The notes beneath the pieces are model-generated. The model ran no database searches and was not told where the DNA came from. It saw only the letters and a list, made by a program, of their open reading frames with translations. From IMG/VR virus record IMGVR_UViG_3300050120_000361, positions 62,001-126,000 of that record: a stretch of DNA of 64,000 nucleotides; one strand, written 5' to 3'. Within the stretch, counting starts at the first letter, position 1; the number at the start of each line of letters is the position of its first letter. Both the position numbers and the translations under genes were made by a program. Shown here in pieces: positions 45,740 to 55,600 of this stretch.

Positions 45740-46012
45740 GTATATAGTGTGAGAAAATAGAGCCCGTACGTTATCCCAAAGAAGTTAAATCAGGTCAGGA
45801 TTGGTAGAAACACTAACTATAGGTTAATTTTGTAACACAGAGTAAATATCGTTAATTAACGGCTAATTATCCAAGCAATCCTCGATAAAAATAAGGAAAA
45901 AGCGTGAAAAACTGCAGAAAAACACCCTACGTTTATACTATAAAGCGAAATGAAACAGAATTTTCGCCCTTGAATTTAGGTGATATATAACCGATAAGGC
46001 CCAGAAAATCAG
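45740..46012. promoter_or_regulatory. AT-rich non-coding region (promoter or origin candidate)
   Basis: Longest and most AT-rich gap; perfect palindrome CGTTAATTAACG (45850-45861); GATATATAA-CCGATAA just upstream of the next gene. Confidence 0.45.
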
Positions 46013-46408
46013 ATGTCATCACAGCCGTACATAGATATAAACCTGGCAGGTACCGGCATATCGGACAATGTCATAACCAACGACCTGCAGCTTTTCTTCC
46101 AGGAGGTCCAGCTCGCCCTGTCGGTGGGTCCGGACGGCTCATGGGGTTCCAGGGACTCGATAGACATCACGAAGTACCTTTTCAACCAGTACGTGACTGT
46201 CAATCAGATACAGAACGAGATTGACTCGTTCATTACCGCATACTGCAGCCAGGCCGGCACCTTCCAGCACAGCATAGACGTGAGCATACTGAAGGTGAAC
46301 AGCCAAGACCTAATCTACATCGTGATGACCGTCTACCCTGCCGGCGCCAACAGGTCTTTCGTACAGAAGTATCTGCTTGGGTCTGATGCGATAACCGAGC
46401 TACAATAA
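46013..46408 (+). CDS. Baseplate wedge protein, gp25-like
   Basis: LQLFFQEVQLAL...GSWG...IDITKYLF...IQNEIDSFI; size and position before the gp6-like gene. Confidence 0.6.
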   Translation: MSSQPYIDINLAGTGISDNVITNDLQLFFQEVQLALSVGPDGSWGSRDSIDITKYLFNQYVTVNQIQNEIDSFITAYCSQAGTFQHSIDVSILKVNSQDLIYIVMTVYPAGANRSFVQKYLLGSDAITELQ

Positions 46409-46421
46409 AAATAATAAGGAA

Positions 46422-47966
46422 ATGTCGAACCAGCCATCAACAGGTAACACTCTAACCAAAATATTCCAGAAGTTCATTCCGGACAATATAGCGCGAAGCC
46501 AGACATCCGTGTTCTGGCAGCTATTCTCGGGCTTTGACGCGATGGCGCAGCAGTTCGAAACCATACTCAAGACATTCAAGAAGGAGCGCAACATGCTCAC
46601 AGCGAACCACGTGACTTCGCTCCGCTCGCTGGCCGCCGGCAACGGTTTCGAGCCAACCCTAAAGACGCCAGCCACGGGAATGGCGTCAATTCAGGCCAGT
46701 TCCGCGCTTTTCAACCGGGTAGGCTTTCCGCTGTACCTGCCGCCATACGCCCAGTTCACAGAAACCAACTCAGGGCTGGCATTCTACTACGACTCCAGCA
46801 AAGTGCTTCGCATAGACAACAGCGCGGCGCTGCTAACCCTCACAGAGGGCGAGCCGCAGCAGCAGACACAGGTGTCCACGGGAAGGTACATCGAAAGGTA
46901 CTACCTGAGCAGCGACGCCGTCGCTGATGGAAGCATAATGGTCAGCGTGGGTTCGGTTCAGTACCTGAACGTCAAGTCATTCTTCGACTCGGCCAACCTG
47001 AACGGTGGGCTGCTGTTCATGGTAAAGTTCAGCAACAGGGCGGACATGCCTATAGTCGTTTACGTCATGGGCGCTCAGCTGAACGACACGGTCACTATAG
47101 CCTGGAAGTCAACCGCCGGCGAGGGGGGCAACCTCCCGGCCGACGCGTCTTTCACCACCACGGACATGATTACCGCCCAGGGGCTCGAGGTGAACCCTTC
47201 CTCGACGGAGGCCATAATATCCGTGGTGTCCGGCTTCCGACTCGGCAGCAACGGCACCGATGAGAACGCTCTGCGGGCGGCAATCGGTTTCAATCACGGT
47301 GTGGTGCTTCTTTTCGATACCGTGTCCTACACGGCATTCATAGACAAGTTCAGCACCCTGCTAACGCAGAAGGTCGTGCCCAACCAGTCCTCCAAGCAGA
47401 TAAGCAACATATACGTCTCGCTCAAGACTTACCTCAATCCGAACCTTTCGCTCTCGCTTCAGCAGCAGTACCAGGACATAATCGGCACGGGTTCGTGGCT
47501 CGTGCCTTCGGACCAGAAGACGATACTTGACGGGCTCATTTCAGCGAATGAGTACGCGCTCAGCTCGCACAACCTTTTCGACTCTGAGACCAACAGCTAC
47601 GCGCTTCAGGTCCTGTTCGACACCAGCCTAGACCAGCAGGCGAACCAGCAGGCGCTGCTTAACACGATATACGAGGCTTTCAGCCAATTCCTATGGAACT
47701 CCTCGTGGACCGTCAACCTCGAGCTCCTTTTCGACGGTTTCATGACCGACAACAACGTAACTTTCGCCTGGACCGTATTCTCACAGTCGGACGAGGCCGC
47801 CAAGCTCTCAACAAAGGCGGTGGGCCAGCCCACGTCCCACGTCCTGACCAATATCGGCGGAATTACACCGGTACTTCACGGCAACTTCCCGATAGCAGAC
47901 CAGAACATGAACCCAGTGCAGCTGTTCTTCGACGTGAACATAGTCTCACAGGAGTCCCTCGGGTAA
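46422..47966 (+). CDS. Baseplate wedge protein, gp6/BplJ-like
   Basis: ERNMLTA...SLRSLAAGNGFEP, STAGEGGN, GSNGTDENALR. Confidence 0.7.
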   Translation: MSNQPSTGNTLTKIFQKFIPDNIARSQTSVFWQLFSGFDAMAQQFETILKTFKKERNMLTANHVTSLRSLAAGNGFEPTLKTPATGMASIQASSALFNRVGFPLYLPPYAQFTETNSGLAFYYDSSKVLRIDNSAALLTLTEGEPQQQTQVSTGRYIERYYLSSDAVADGSIMVSVGSVQYLNVKSFFDSANLNGGLLFMVKFSNRADMPIVVYVMGAQLNDTVTIAWKSTAGEGGNLPADASFTTTDMITAQGLEVNPSSTEAIISVVSGFRLGSNGTDENALRAAIGFNHGVVLLFDTVSYTAFIDKFSTLLTQKVVPNQSSKQISNIYVSLKTYLNPNLSLSLQQQYQDIIGTGSWLVPSDQKTILDGLISANEYALSSHNLFDSETNSYALQVLFDTSLDQQANQQALLNTIYEAFSQFLWNSSWTVNLELLFDGFMTDNNVTFAWTVFSQSDEAAKLSTKAVGQPTSHVLTNIGGITPVLHGNFPIADQNMNPVQLFFDVNIVSQESLG

Positions 47967-48019
47967 GCGGAAAGGGAAAAATCAAATGAAATCAACAGTG
48001 ATAAATAAGGCAAAACGAT

Positions 48020-50815
48020 ATGACTCTGATAGCACCAAATAAGCATTTAAAGGCCAATCCCATAGTACTCACCGTGGCTGCAGTGTCGGGTGCTATTCTT
48101 CAGTTTTCCATAAGCTCCGGCAACCCGGCGCTGTATTCCTACAGGCCGATAAGGGTCACCATACACGGAGTTGAGTACGCGACAACCTACTACCCTGTGA
48201 ATGGCGTGCCGTCCCTCGTGCTCGGAGCTTCATGGTCCGGCGTAGGCGTTGGCGACCAGGTGACCTTCAACGACTCATTCAACATGAGCGCCACGGAGGA
48301 CAACGAGAACGTAACCGTAAGGGACATCATAATGAACCTCGGCGCCATAGACGATAGCATCAGCAATGGCGCGTTGACGGTCAAGGGAAGGCCTGGACTG
48401 ATGACCGGCGAGCAGTCCATGAAGGCAAACCAGGCGAAGTTCCCTGTCAGCTGGTACGGCAGCTCGGTGACTCTCGTGAATTCGCCGCTGTCCTACCAGT
48501 TGGCCGGCATAGTCGATTTCGGCATATTCCAAAGCATAGACAACCAGCACCAAATCGTTCATGAGTTCGTAATGAGCTGGCACACATCGCAGGCGGTGTT
48601 CAGGCTTACGTACCAGGACCAGGAAAACACCCTCGACGCCAACGGGCACGTCGTGGACCCTTGGTGCCTGCAGTGCCTCTCCTACGCCAACCCGCACGGG
48701 ATAGGCATAACGCTGCAGATGGTGAAGCAGTACGGACAGAACCCGGCCCTGGCCGTGTACGTGAGGTTTGACGGGGTGCAGGCCGGGCCGGACACAAATG
48801 ACAACGTCCTGGTAACGCACTACATCCGCAGCCTGCAGAACCTTCACTCGACAATGCCGACAAATACCGGCCTGATAGGGAACCTGTACTGGACAATACC
48901 GGCGAATGCGGACAATACCAGCCTTAACAATTACAGCATAACCGCGAGCGACGACATGCGCTTCGTGAAGGGGCAGAGCGGCTACACCAATTCCGGCCCG
49001 CTCGACCCCACGCCCATTGGGCACTCCAAGCTCGTTCCAATAGCGATACCGAGCGGAGCGGACCTGAACAACTACTCATTCCCTGGATACTACGCGAACT
49101 ACTCCTCATCAGGCATAACTAACCTGCCCTCGGGCGTGGTCTACGCTTTCAACCTCGAGGTCTCGCCGTACAGCGCGATAGGGGTTCCCGGCACCAGCAG
49201 GATGGTTCTGCAGAGGCTCGAGACGCTCACGGCCACAGGCACGGGCCCGTTCGTGAACCATTCAATAGTCTGGGAGCGCGTCTCGAACCAGGCGACAGGG
49301 GCCCTTTCATGGTCCCCTTGGGAGGCTGTCGGCAAGGCGGTGCACACGCACCCTGCAACAGACATAGTGACGGACTCCACACACCTGTTCGTAACCCAGG
49401 CCGAAATTGACGCCTGGAACGCCCTATCGGCCGGCTCATCTTACTGGAACACTCCGGTGGCCACAGTGGGCGCGCTTTCTGGCCCTATAGGGTCCACGCG
49501 CTTCGTCACCGGCACGGGCTACTTCTACACCAATGTGGGCGGCGTCTGGGTTCCAACCTCGGCCAATTCCATACCGAACGCAGACGCAACCCACGACGGC
49601 ATACTTACGGCGGCGGATTGGACCCGTTTCGGACAGTCATATTTCGGAAGGCTCGCCAACAATAACGCTTGGGTTATGACGCCGAACCCCAACACGGTAT
49701 ACGGCGCCTCGTTCGCCAACCTGCCCAATGACGTGTTGGACATGGTCACGCGCGCAACGCCTCTTTCATCCATACTCGGACAGAAGTCCATTGCCTTCGG
49801 CTTTGAGGACAGCAGGGCCGGCGGGGCCTACGGCATAGTGCTGGGCTCATCCGTAACGGCTAACGGCGCCAACGCAACGGCCATTGGGTACAACTTCTCA
49901 AGCAATTTCGCCAACATAGTGGCGATAGGGGCCGGAATGCTCGCCGACGCCGCGGGGGCAGTGGTGCTCGGAAGGTGGAACACCTCTCCCGCGTCCGGAG
50001 GCTACGGCTTCCTGATAGGGAACGGCGGCGGCTCGGGCTCAAGGGCTAACCTTTTCGGTGTGACAACGGGCGGGGTTGCCGTCCTCGCCGGCGGCTACTC
50101 GGTTACGGGCAAGACTTCAGACGATGTCCTTACCGGCGACGGCGGCTCATTCAGCAAATCCGCGTTTGAGGCGGCTATACTCGCCGTGACCAATTCGGGA
50201 AGCAAGACTGAGATTTACCTGAAGCCGGGCTTCTCGCAGTTCGTGCTCGACTGGTCGCTGTTCTCCGCGCAGTACGGCTCATTCGGCAACATAGCGGCCT
50301 ACTCGCTGATAGACAAGAACAAGTACTCTTCAGAGACCCTGCCCACCATAATGAAGACTGGCTGGGTCAACTCATCGGCCCTTGACCCAACGCTCACGCA
50401 ATTGGACCTGAACGTTCTGTCGCTATCCGTTTCTGGCGGCAACTGGGTGCTGAGCGGCGATTTGGTGCCTGCTCTCGGGGAGACAAGCGGCTACACGCTT
50501 CAGTGGGCGAACGACGCCGGCGGGGCCACTTGGGCCAACCTGTCCACCACAAGCACGGGAGGCGTGATAGGCGCGCAGTCGATACCGGTCTCCTCACTGC
50601 CCAACGGGCTGAAGCTGCGTGTGCTCGCAACCTCACTCTCCACAACCGGGCCCGTATACCATATAGGCCTTGACTACGAAAGCGATTTGGCCGTGCTGGA
50701 CATTGACTGGCCGAGCGGCGAGAACGGTTCCGGACAGTACGTGAACGTCGCCAAGCAGGCGCTGTCATACACAATAGACCTATCAAACCTTGAGGCGCTT
50801 CTGATAATATCCTAA
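48020..50815 (+). CDS. Tail fibre/receptor-binding protein
   Basis: 931 aa; knob-type ADLNNYSFPGYY...NLP...LEV...Q, HTHPATDI..DSTHLFVT.AEI..WN, YadA-like repeats SIAFG/ATAIG/IVAIG, IGNGG...RAN. Confidence 0.7.
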   Translation: MTLIAPNKHLKANPIVLTVAAVSGAILQFSISSGNPALYSYRPIRVTIHGVEYATTYYPVNGVPSLVLGASWSGVGVGDQVTFNDSFNMSATEDNENVTVRDIIMNLGAIDDSISNGALTVKGRPGLMTGEQSMKANQAKFPVSWYGSSVTLVNSPLSYQLAGIVDFGIFQSIDNQHQIVHEFVMSWHTSQAVFRLTYQDQENTLDANGHVVDPWCLQCLSYANPHGIGITLQMVKQYGQNPALAVYVRFDGVQAGPDTNDNVLVTHYIRSLQNLHSTMPTNTGLIGNLYWTIPANADNTSLNNYSITASDDMRFVKGQSGYTNSGPLDPTPIGHSKLVPIAIPSGADLNNYSFPGYYANYSSSGITNLPSGVVYAFNLEVSPYSAIGVPGTSRMVLQRLETLTATGTGPFVNHSIVWERVSNQATGALSWSPWEAVGKAVHTHPATDIVTDSTHLFVTQAEIDAWNALSAGSSYWNTPVATVGALSGPIGSTRFVTGTGYFYTNVGGVWVPTSANSIPNADATHDGILTAADWTRFGQSYFGRLANNNAWVMTPNPNTVYGASFANLPNDVLDMVTRATPLSSILGQKSIAFGFEDSRAGGAYGIVLGSSVTANGANATAIGYNFSSNFANIVAIGAGMLADAAGAVVLGRWNTSPASGGYGFLIGNGGGSGSRANLFGVTTGGVAVLAGGYSVTGKTSDDVLTGDGGSFSKSAFEAAILAVTNSGSKTEIYLKPGFSQFVLDWSLFSAQYGSFGNIAAYSLIDKNKYSSETLPTIMKTGWVNSSALDPTLTQLDLNVLSLSVSGGNWVLSGDLVPALGETSGYTLQWANDAGGATWANLSTTSTGGVIGAQSIPVSSLPNGLKLRVLATSLSTTGPVYHIGLDYESDLAVLDIDWPSGENGSGQYVNVAKQALSYTIDLSNLEALLIIS

Positions 50816-50826
50816 CAAACGAGAAC

Positions 50827-51795
50827 ATGACATTAGTTAAAAAACGAAGCGAGGGCATCGGCCAGATAGACGACTACCTATCGGTAGCGCAGCAGTTCGC
50901 CATACCCACGGGCGGCGTTGACCCAGTGGGGATGCAGCCAACCGACGAGTCGGGCGGAACCACCAAGGTGCCCCTGTTCTTCAACACCTCATCCAATGAG
51001 CTGCGGGCGTTCTACAGCGGGGCGTGGAACGCCGTGTCTCCAGACCTTTCAGGCTACGCCCTGACAGCTGACATGGAGTCCTACGTGGCGACGGCGCTTG
51101 GCGGCTACTACGACGCTGCGGCCATAAACAGCATGCTGGCGCTGCTCAACTGCGGGTCGTTCAACCTCGGCGTGGACCCCACGGGGAACCTGACCGCGCT
51201 TCGCGAGCAGGGCGGCGACGCCGAGCAGACCGCGGGCGCGCTTTGGATTGGATGGAACCTGAGCAACGGACTCGGCGAGATAGACTTTCTGTCCACGCAG
51301 GGCACATCAGACGTGGCCGTGGGCGGGTTCCAGTTCTGGAAGATAAACAACGAGTGGCAGACCGGCCAGGAGGACAAGCTGCTTCTGAACCTAAAGGGAG
51401 ACGACTACATAGCGGTTTTCGGCGGAATGGTGGCGCTCGGCGAACTCGACGACTACGCGTCGCCGGCCGCACTGGCGCTTACCGTGGACCCCACGTTCAA
51501 CATAATACGCGGCAGGAGCATATACAATTTCGGCCAGGACTTGAACCTTGTGCTGAGCGGAACTTTTTTCCAAGCCGCAATGGGAGCCAATTCGGCGGTA
51601 ACCATAGAGCTTCCCGCGGTGCAGGCGAACGACGTCTATCAGGTTTTCATACAGCCGGTAACCGGAAACTCCAGGGGAAACATAGTGCAGAACCAGACGC
51701 AGGAGTCATTCGATGTGGAATGGCCGGACGGCGAGATAAGCGGCGACACCATGTTCAATTGGCTGATAATACCGAACAACTTCTTCCTGCCATAA
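50827..51795 (+). CDS. Short tail fibre-like protein (N-terminus paralogous to 52604)
   Basis: IGWNLSNGLGEIDF...GGFQF knob motif; C-terminal H-type lectin/gp53-like domain. Confidence 0.6.
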   Translation: MTLVKKRSEGIGQIDDYLSVAQQFAIPTGGVDPVGMQPTDESGGTTKVPLFFNTSSNELRAFYSGAWNAVSPDLSGYALTADMESYVATALGGYYDAAAINSMLALLNCGSFNLGVDPTGNLTALREQGGDAEQTAGALWIGWNLSNGLGEIDFLSTQGTSDVAVGGFQFWKINNEWQTGQEDKLLLNLKGDDYIAVFGGMVALGELDDYASPAALALTVDPTFNIIRGRSIYNFGQDLNLVLSGTFFQAAMGANSAVTIELPAVQANDVYQVFIQPVTGNSRGNIVQNQTQESFDVEWPDGEISGDTMFNWLIIPNNFFLP

Positions 51796-51831
51796 AATAA
51801 ACATAAAACTAAAACCATAAAAACTAATAAA

Positions 51832-52122
51832 ATGCCACAAACTCCATCAACAATGAAGCTTCCGCCTGACCCAAAAACAAAGGCCCAGCGCAACCTGAAC
51901 TCGGCCCTCAAGTCGGTTACTTTCCAATTCTCAACAGACCGTGTTGGCGCTTCAGGCTCCCTCGTGCCCGGGCTCCCTTCAAACATAACAATAACTGGAA
52001 CGCCTTCACCCGCCGACAGTCCTGAAGTAGCCGCGCTTAAGGCAACCCTTGTGCTTGCTGTCGAGCAGGCCGGCCTAACGTACCAGGCTGCTGTTATAGC
52101 CCTTTCGGAAGCGGACCAGTAA
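51832..52122 (+). CDS. Small fibre-associated protein
   Basis: 96 aa, A-rich leader. Confidence 0.6.
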   Translation: MPQTPSTMKLPPDPKTKAQRNLNSALKSVTFQFSTDRVGASGSLVPGLPSNITITGTPSPADSPEVAALKATLVLAVEQAGLTYQAAVIALSEADQ

Positions 52123-52145
52123 TCAACACAGCATACAAGGATAAC

Positions 52146-52556
52146 ATGAAAATAACGTTCAACAGCCTCTACAAGATAAAGGCGACACTCGACAAAATAC
52201 CGCTTAACGTTAACGACAAGACAACACTTGCGGTGAAGGAGCTTCAGGACCAGATGCGCGATGCTGTAAAGCCTGAGCTTGAGTTGCTCGTGCGCAGAAA
52301 GCGAAAATTCGACACGCTGAAGGCATCCGTTGACGACAGGAAAAACCTGATAAGGGACCAATGGGGTCGGTTGGTGTTCACTCCCGGAAACCAATTGGTC
52401 GTGGACGACGAGCACGAGCGCCTGGACATGGAGCACAACGAGGGCAGCGTAGAGCTCGAGCCCTGCGTATTGGACCTGAACGACCCAGACTACTCCCGCG
52501 CCGCCAAGTACCTGGACGATTGGGACAGGGAACTGCTAAAAGGCCTGCTGACATAG
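52146..52556 (+). CDS. DUF1617-like helical protein, putative fibre chaperone
   Basis: MKIT...L.KI...ELE...; C-terminal ...ELLKGLL; follows the fibre gene. Confidence 0.45.
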   Translation: MKITFNSLYKIKATLDKIPLNVNDKTTLAVKELQDQMRDAVKPELELLVRRKRKFDTLKASVDDRKNLIRDQWGRLVFTPGNQLVVDDEHERLDMEHNEGSVELEPCVLDLNDPDYSRAAKYLDDWDRELLKGLLT

Positions 52557-52564
52557 ATACCTGT

Positions 52565-52595
52565 AGGCGGCAATCGAAATGCCGCCTTTTCTTTT
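52565..52595 (+). terminator. Intrinsic terminator
   Basis: AGGCGGCA-ATCGAAA-TGCCGCCT followed by TTTCTTTT. Confidence 0.85.
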
Positions 52596-52603
52596 AGACA
52601 AAA

Positions 52604-55600
52604 ATGACGCTCAGAACCAAGCACAGAAGTGACGAAGTAGGCCAGGTAGACGAAAGGCTCGCCATAAGCGTACAGCTTGGAATACCCACCTATACTGCCG
52701 ACCCAACTCCGTCTCCAACGGACGCCGAGGGCGGCTACGCCAACACCCCAATCTACTGGAACACCGCTCTCGGCTCGCTTCGCCTGAACCCGGGAGGGCT
52801 GGGCTGGCAGTCACTGGGCGCCGTTTCGCCCGGGTCGGGCATAGACATAACCTCGGGGATAGCCTCATTGGGCGCCCCGGTCACAAGGGACACGGACCTT
52901 GACGGCGTGCACAAGACGCGCATCGGGGACATCACCGGCGGCAAGTCCTACGTGTCCATAGACCCGGCGAATTCTCAGGCAGTGCTGCAGTCGCTTTCGG
53001 GCGGAGTTTCAGCGTTTTCAGGCGCGTACGGCGGAAACGCCCAGATGGGCGTTTCGCAGCCAGGGGCCCACTCCTACGTTTACGTGGACCCGTCCCAAAT
53101 GGTGGTATCGGACACGATAAACAGCAGGGGCCTGATAAACGGAGGCGACTATGAGGCGAACTTTGTCGCGAGGTCGCTCGTTACATACCAGTGGGCCAGC
53201 GCTCAGAACGCCCTTTACATGCCAAAGACCGGCGGCACGTTCACTGGCGACGTTCAGATAACAACCCCGCCTGTCAACGGGACCTCGGCGATAAACAAGA
53301 ACTACGCCGACAGCATAGCCATGGGCGTCGTGTGGATAGGCGCCGACACCGACTCCGGAAGCAACGTGACGCTCTCTGGCGAGCAGGTGCTTTCCGGGTA
53401 CCTTACGTCCAACTCGCGCGCGTTCCTTCACGGGCAGACCAACGCCGCCAATAACGGCGTTTGGCTGACGAGCGGAGGCGCGTGGACGAGAACATCCGAC
53501 GCCTCGACGCCTTCCCAGCTCGTGAGGTGCGCGGTCATAATAGACGCGGGTAACAATGCGGGTCAGACCTGGTTAAACACCAATTCCTCAATAGTTCTTG
53601 GCACCACGGCCATAACGTTCACGCGCGCGGGCGGGCTTAACTACATCAACGGCACGGGCATAGCGATAGCCGCTTCGACAATATCTCTTGACCTCACGTA
53701 TACTGACGCGAGATACGCATTGAACTCTTGGGGCATTCAGTCCTTCACAACATCAGGCAGCAGCGGCACGCCTACGTTCTCGGGCGGCACATTGAATGTG
53801 CCAGCCTATACCCTCACAGGTCTCGGCGGACAGGCCGCACTGGTTTCGGGAACCAACATAAAGAACATAAACTCCGCGTCACTGCTCGGCGGAGGTAACA
53901 TTGCGCTGCAGACGCCATTGGTTGCGGGAACGGACTATTTGACACCCACGGGGTCCGCTGCTGGATTGGTTTCATTCCCGACATTCAACCAGAACACAAC
54001 CGGCAACTCTGCCACCTCTACAAAGCTTGCGACAGGCCGCAGCATACAGGGAGTGCTTTTCGACGGAACGTCGGACATTAGCATCCTGAACGGTACCGGC
54101 CTTGTGCGCATGGCCGGCACCTCCATATCCTACGACAATTCAACATACATTACCTCGGCAGGCGCTGACGGCCTTTACCTGCCACTGCACGGGACCGCGG
54201 ACAACTCCGCGCTGTGGAACGGCCTGGCGTACTACGGCGGCGGCCTCGTTGCATCGGTGCTCTACGCGATGGCCTACGACGGGACCAATAACAGGCAGGG
54301 GCCCGCTAACGCCGCGCAGATGCAGGGATGGCTCGGGCTCGGCTCCGCGGCGTACCTGAACGCATCTGCCTCCGCCGCCGCCAACGCGGTTGTGCAGCGG
54401 GACGGCTCGGGATACATAAACAACACATACATACTCACCACTGACGACTCTTCTTCCGCACTGGGGTACATGGTTGGCAAGTCTCCATCGGACAACTACC
54501 ACAGGACGTACGCGGTCGGCACGGTTCAGTCATGGCTGGGCCTTGGCGCGAGGGCGTACGACTCCGCGGCATACCTTCCGCTTCACGCCGAAGCAGACAA
54601 CTCGGCCCTGTGGAACGGCAACAGCTACACCCCTGTGTCTTACAGCGGGGCCCTCCAATACATTCTCGGATACGACCAGTCGGCTTCCACTTGGAAACCC
54701 TCCACTGCGGCCTCCATTTCCTATTTCCTTGGGCTCGGGTCCAACGCCTTCGACTCCGCCGCGTACCTTCCGCTGCACTCGACGGCTGATGCGGCTACGC
54801 TTTGGGGCGGGCAGCAGGCAAACCTTTCAACGACGGTGTCATCGATAGCCAATATGGTGGCCCAGCAGCCAGGCGGCTCTGTTGCGGTGGCCTCATTGGG
54901 TCAGGTCCAGGGATGGCTGGGACTCGGCTCTAACGCCTACAATTCGACAGCCTACCTGCCGCTTCACGCAAAGGCAGACAGTTCGGCAACCGCCGACATG
55001 GGGTACGCGATGGCTGTACAGGACTTTGACAGGCCGATGTCCGTTGTTACCCCCAACTTCAACGGCGGCCACCAGATGCGTTTGGACTTTGTGAACTCTG
55101 CCGTGATAGGCGGTGCAACCGGCAACTTCGGCGGCGTGGTCACGCTCATTCCCTACGACGGTAACACCGCATCGACCGGCGACGCGTCATACCAGCTCGG
55201 TTTCGTGGGGACCGGGGCAAACGGCTCAGGAACGCCGCGCATGGTCATCCGCAAGGGGATAGACGCGACATGGAACGGGTGGCATGAAATGCTCACGGAC
55301 TCCAACTACAGCTCGTACTCCCCTACACTCACAGGCGGCGGAGCATCTGGCGTTTGGGGTATTAGCGTGACTGGAAACGCGGCAACCGCGAACTCAGCCA
55401 CAACGGCGGGCAGCGCCGGGAACTCCACGCTCTGGAACGGGTACGACAACCAGTTCGCGAGCGGCGTGAGGTCGGACATAGCGCCATCATCTATTAACGG
55501 CTTCTACTCCAACGGGCACGTGTACCAGTTCGCGGCGAACCAGGTGCAGTCATTCCTCGGGCTCGGAACCGCGGCCTACCTCAACGCTACTACTGCCGGA

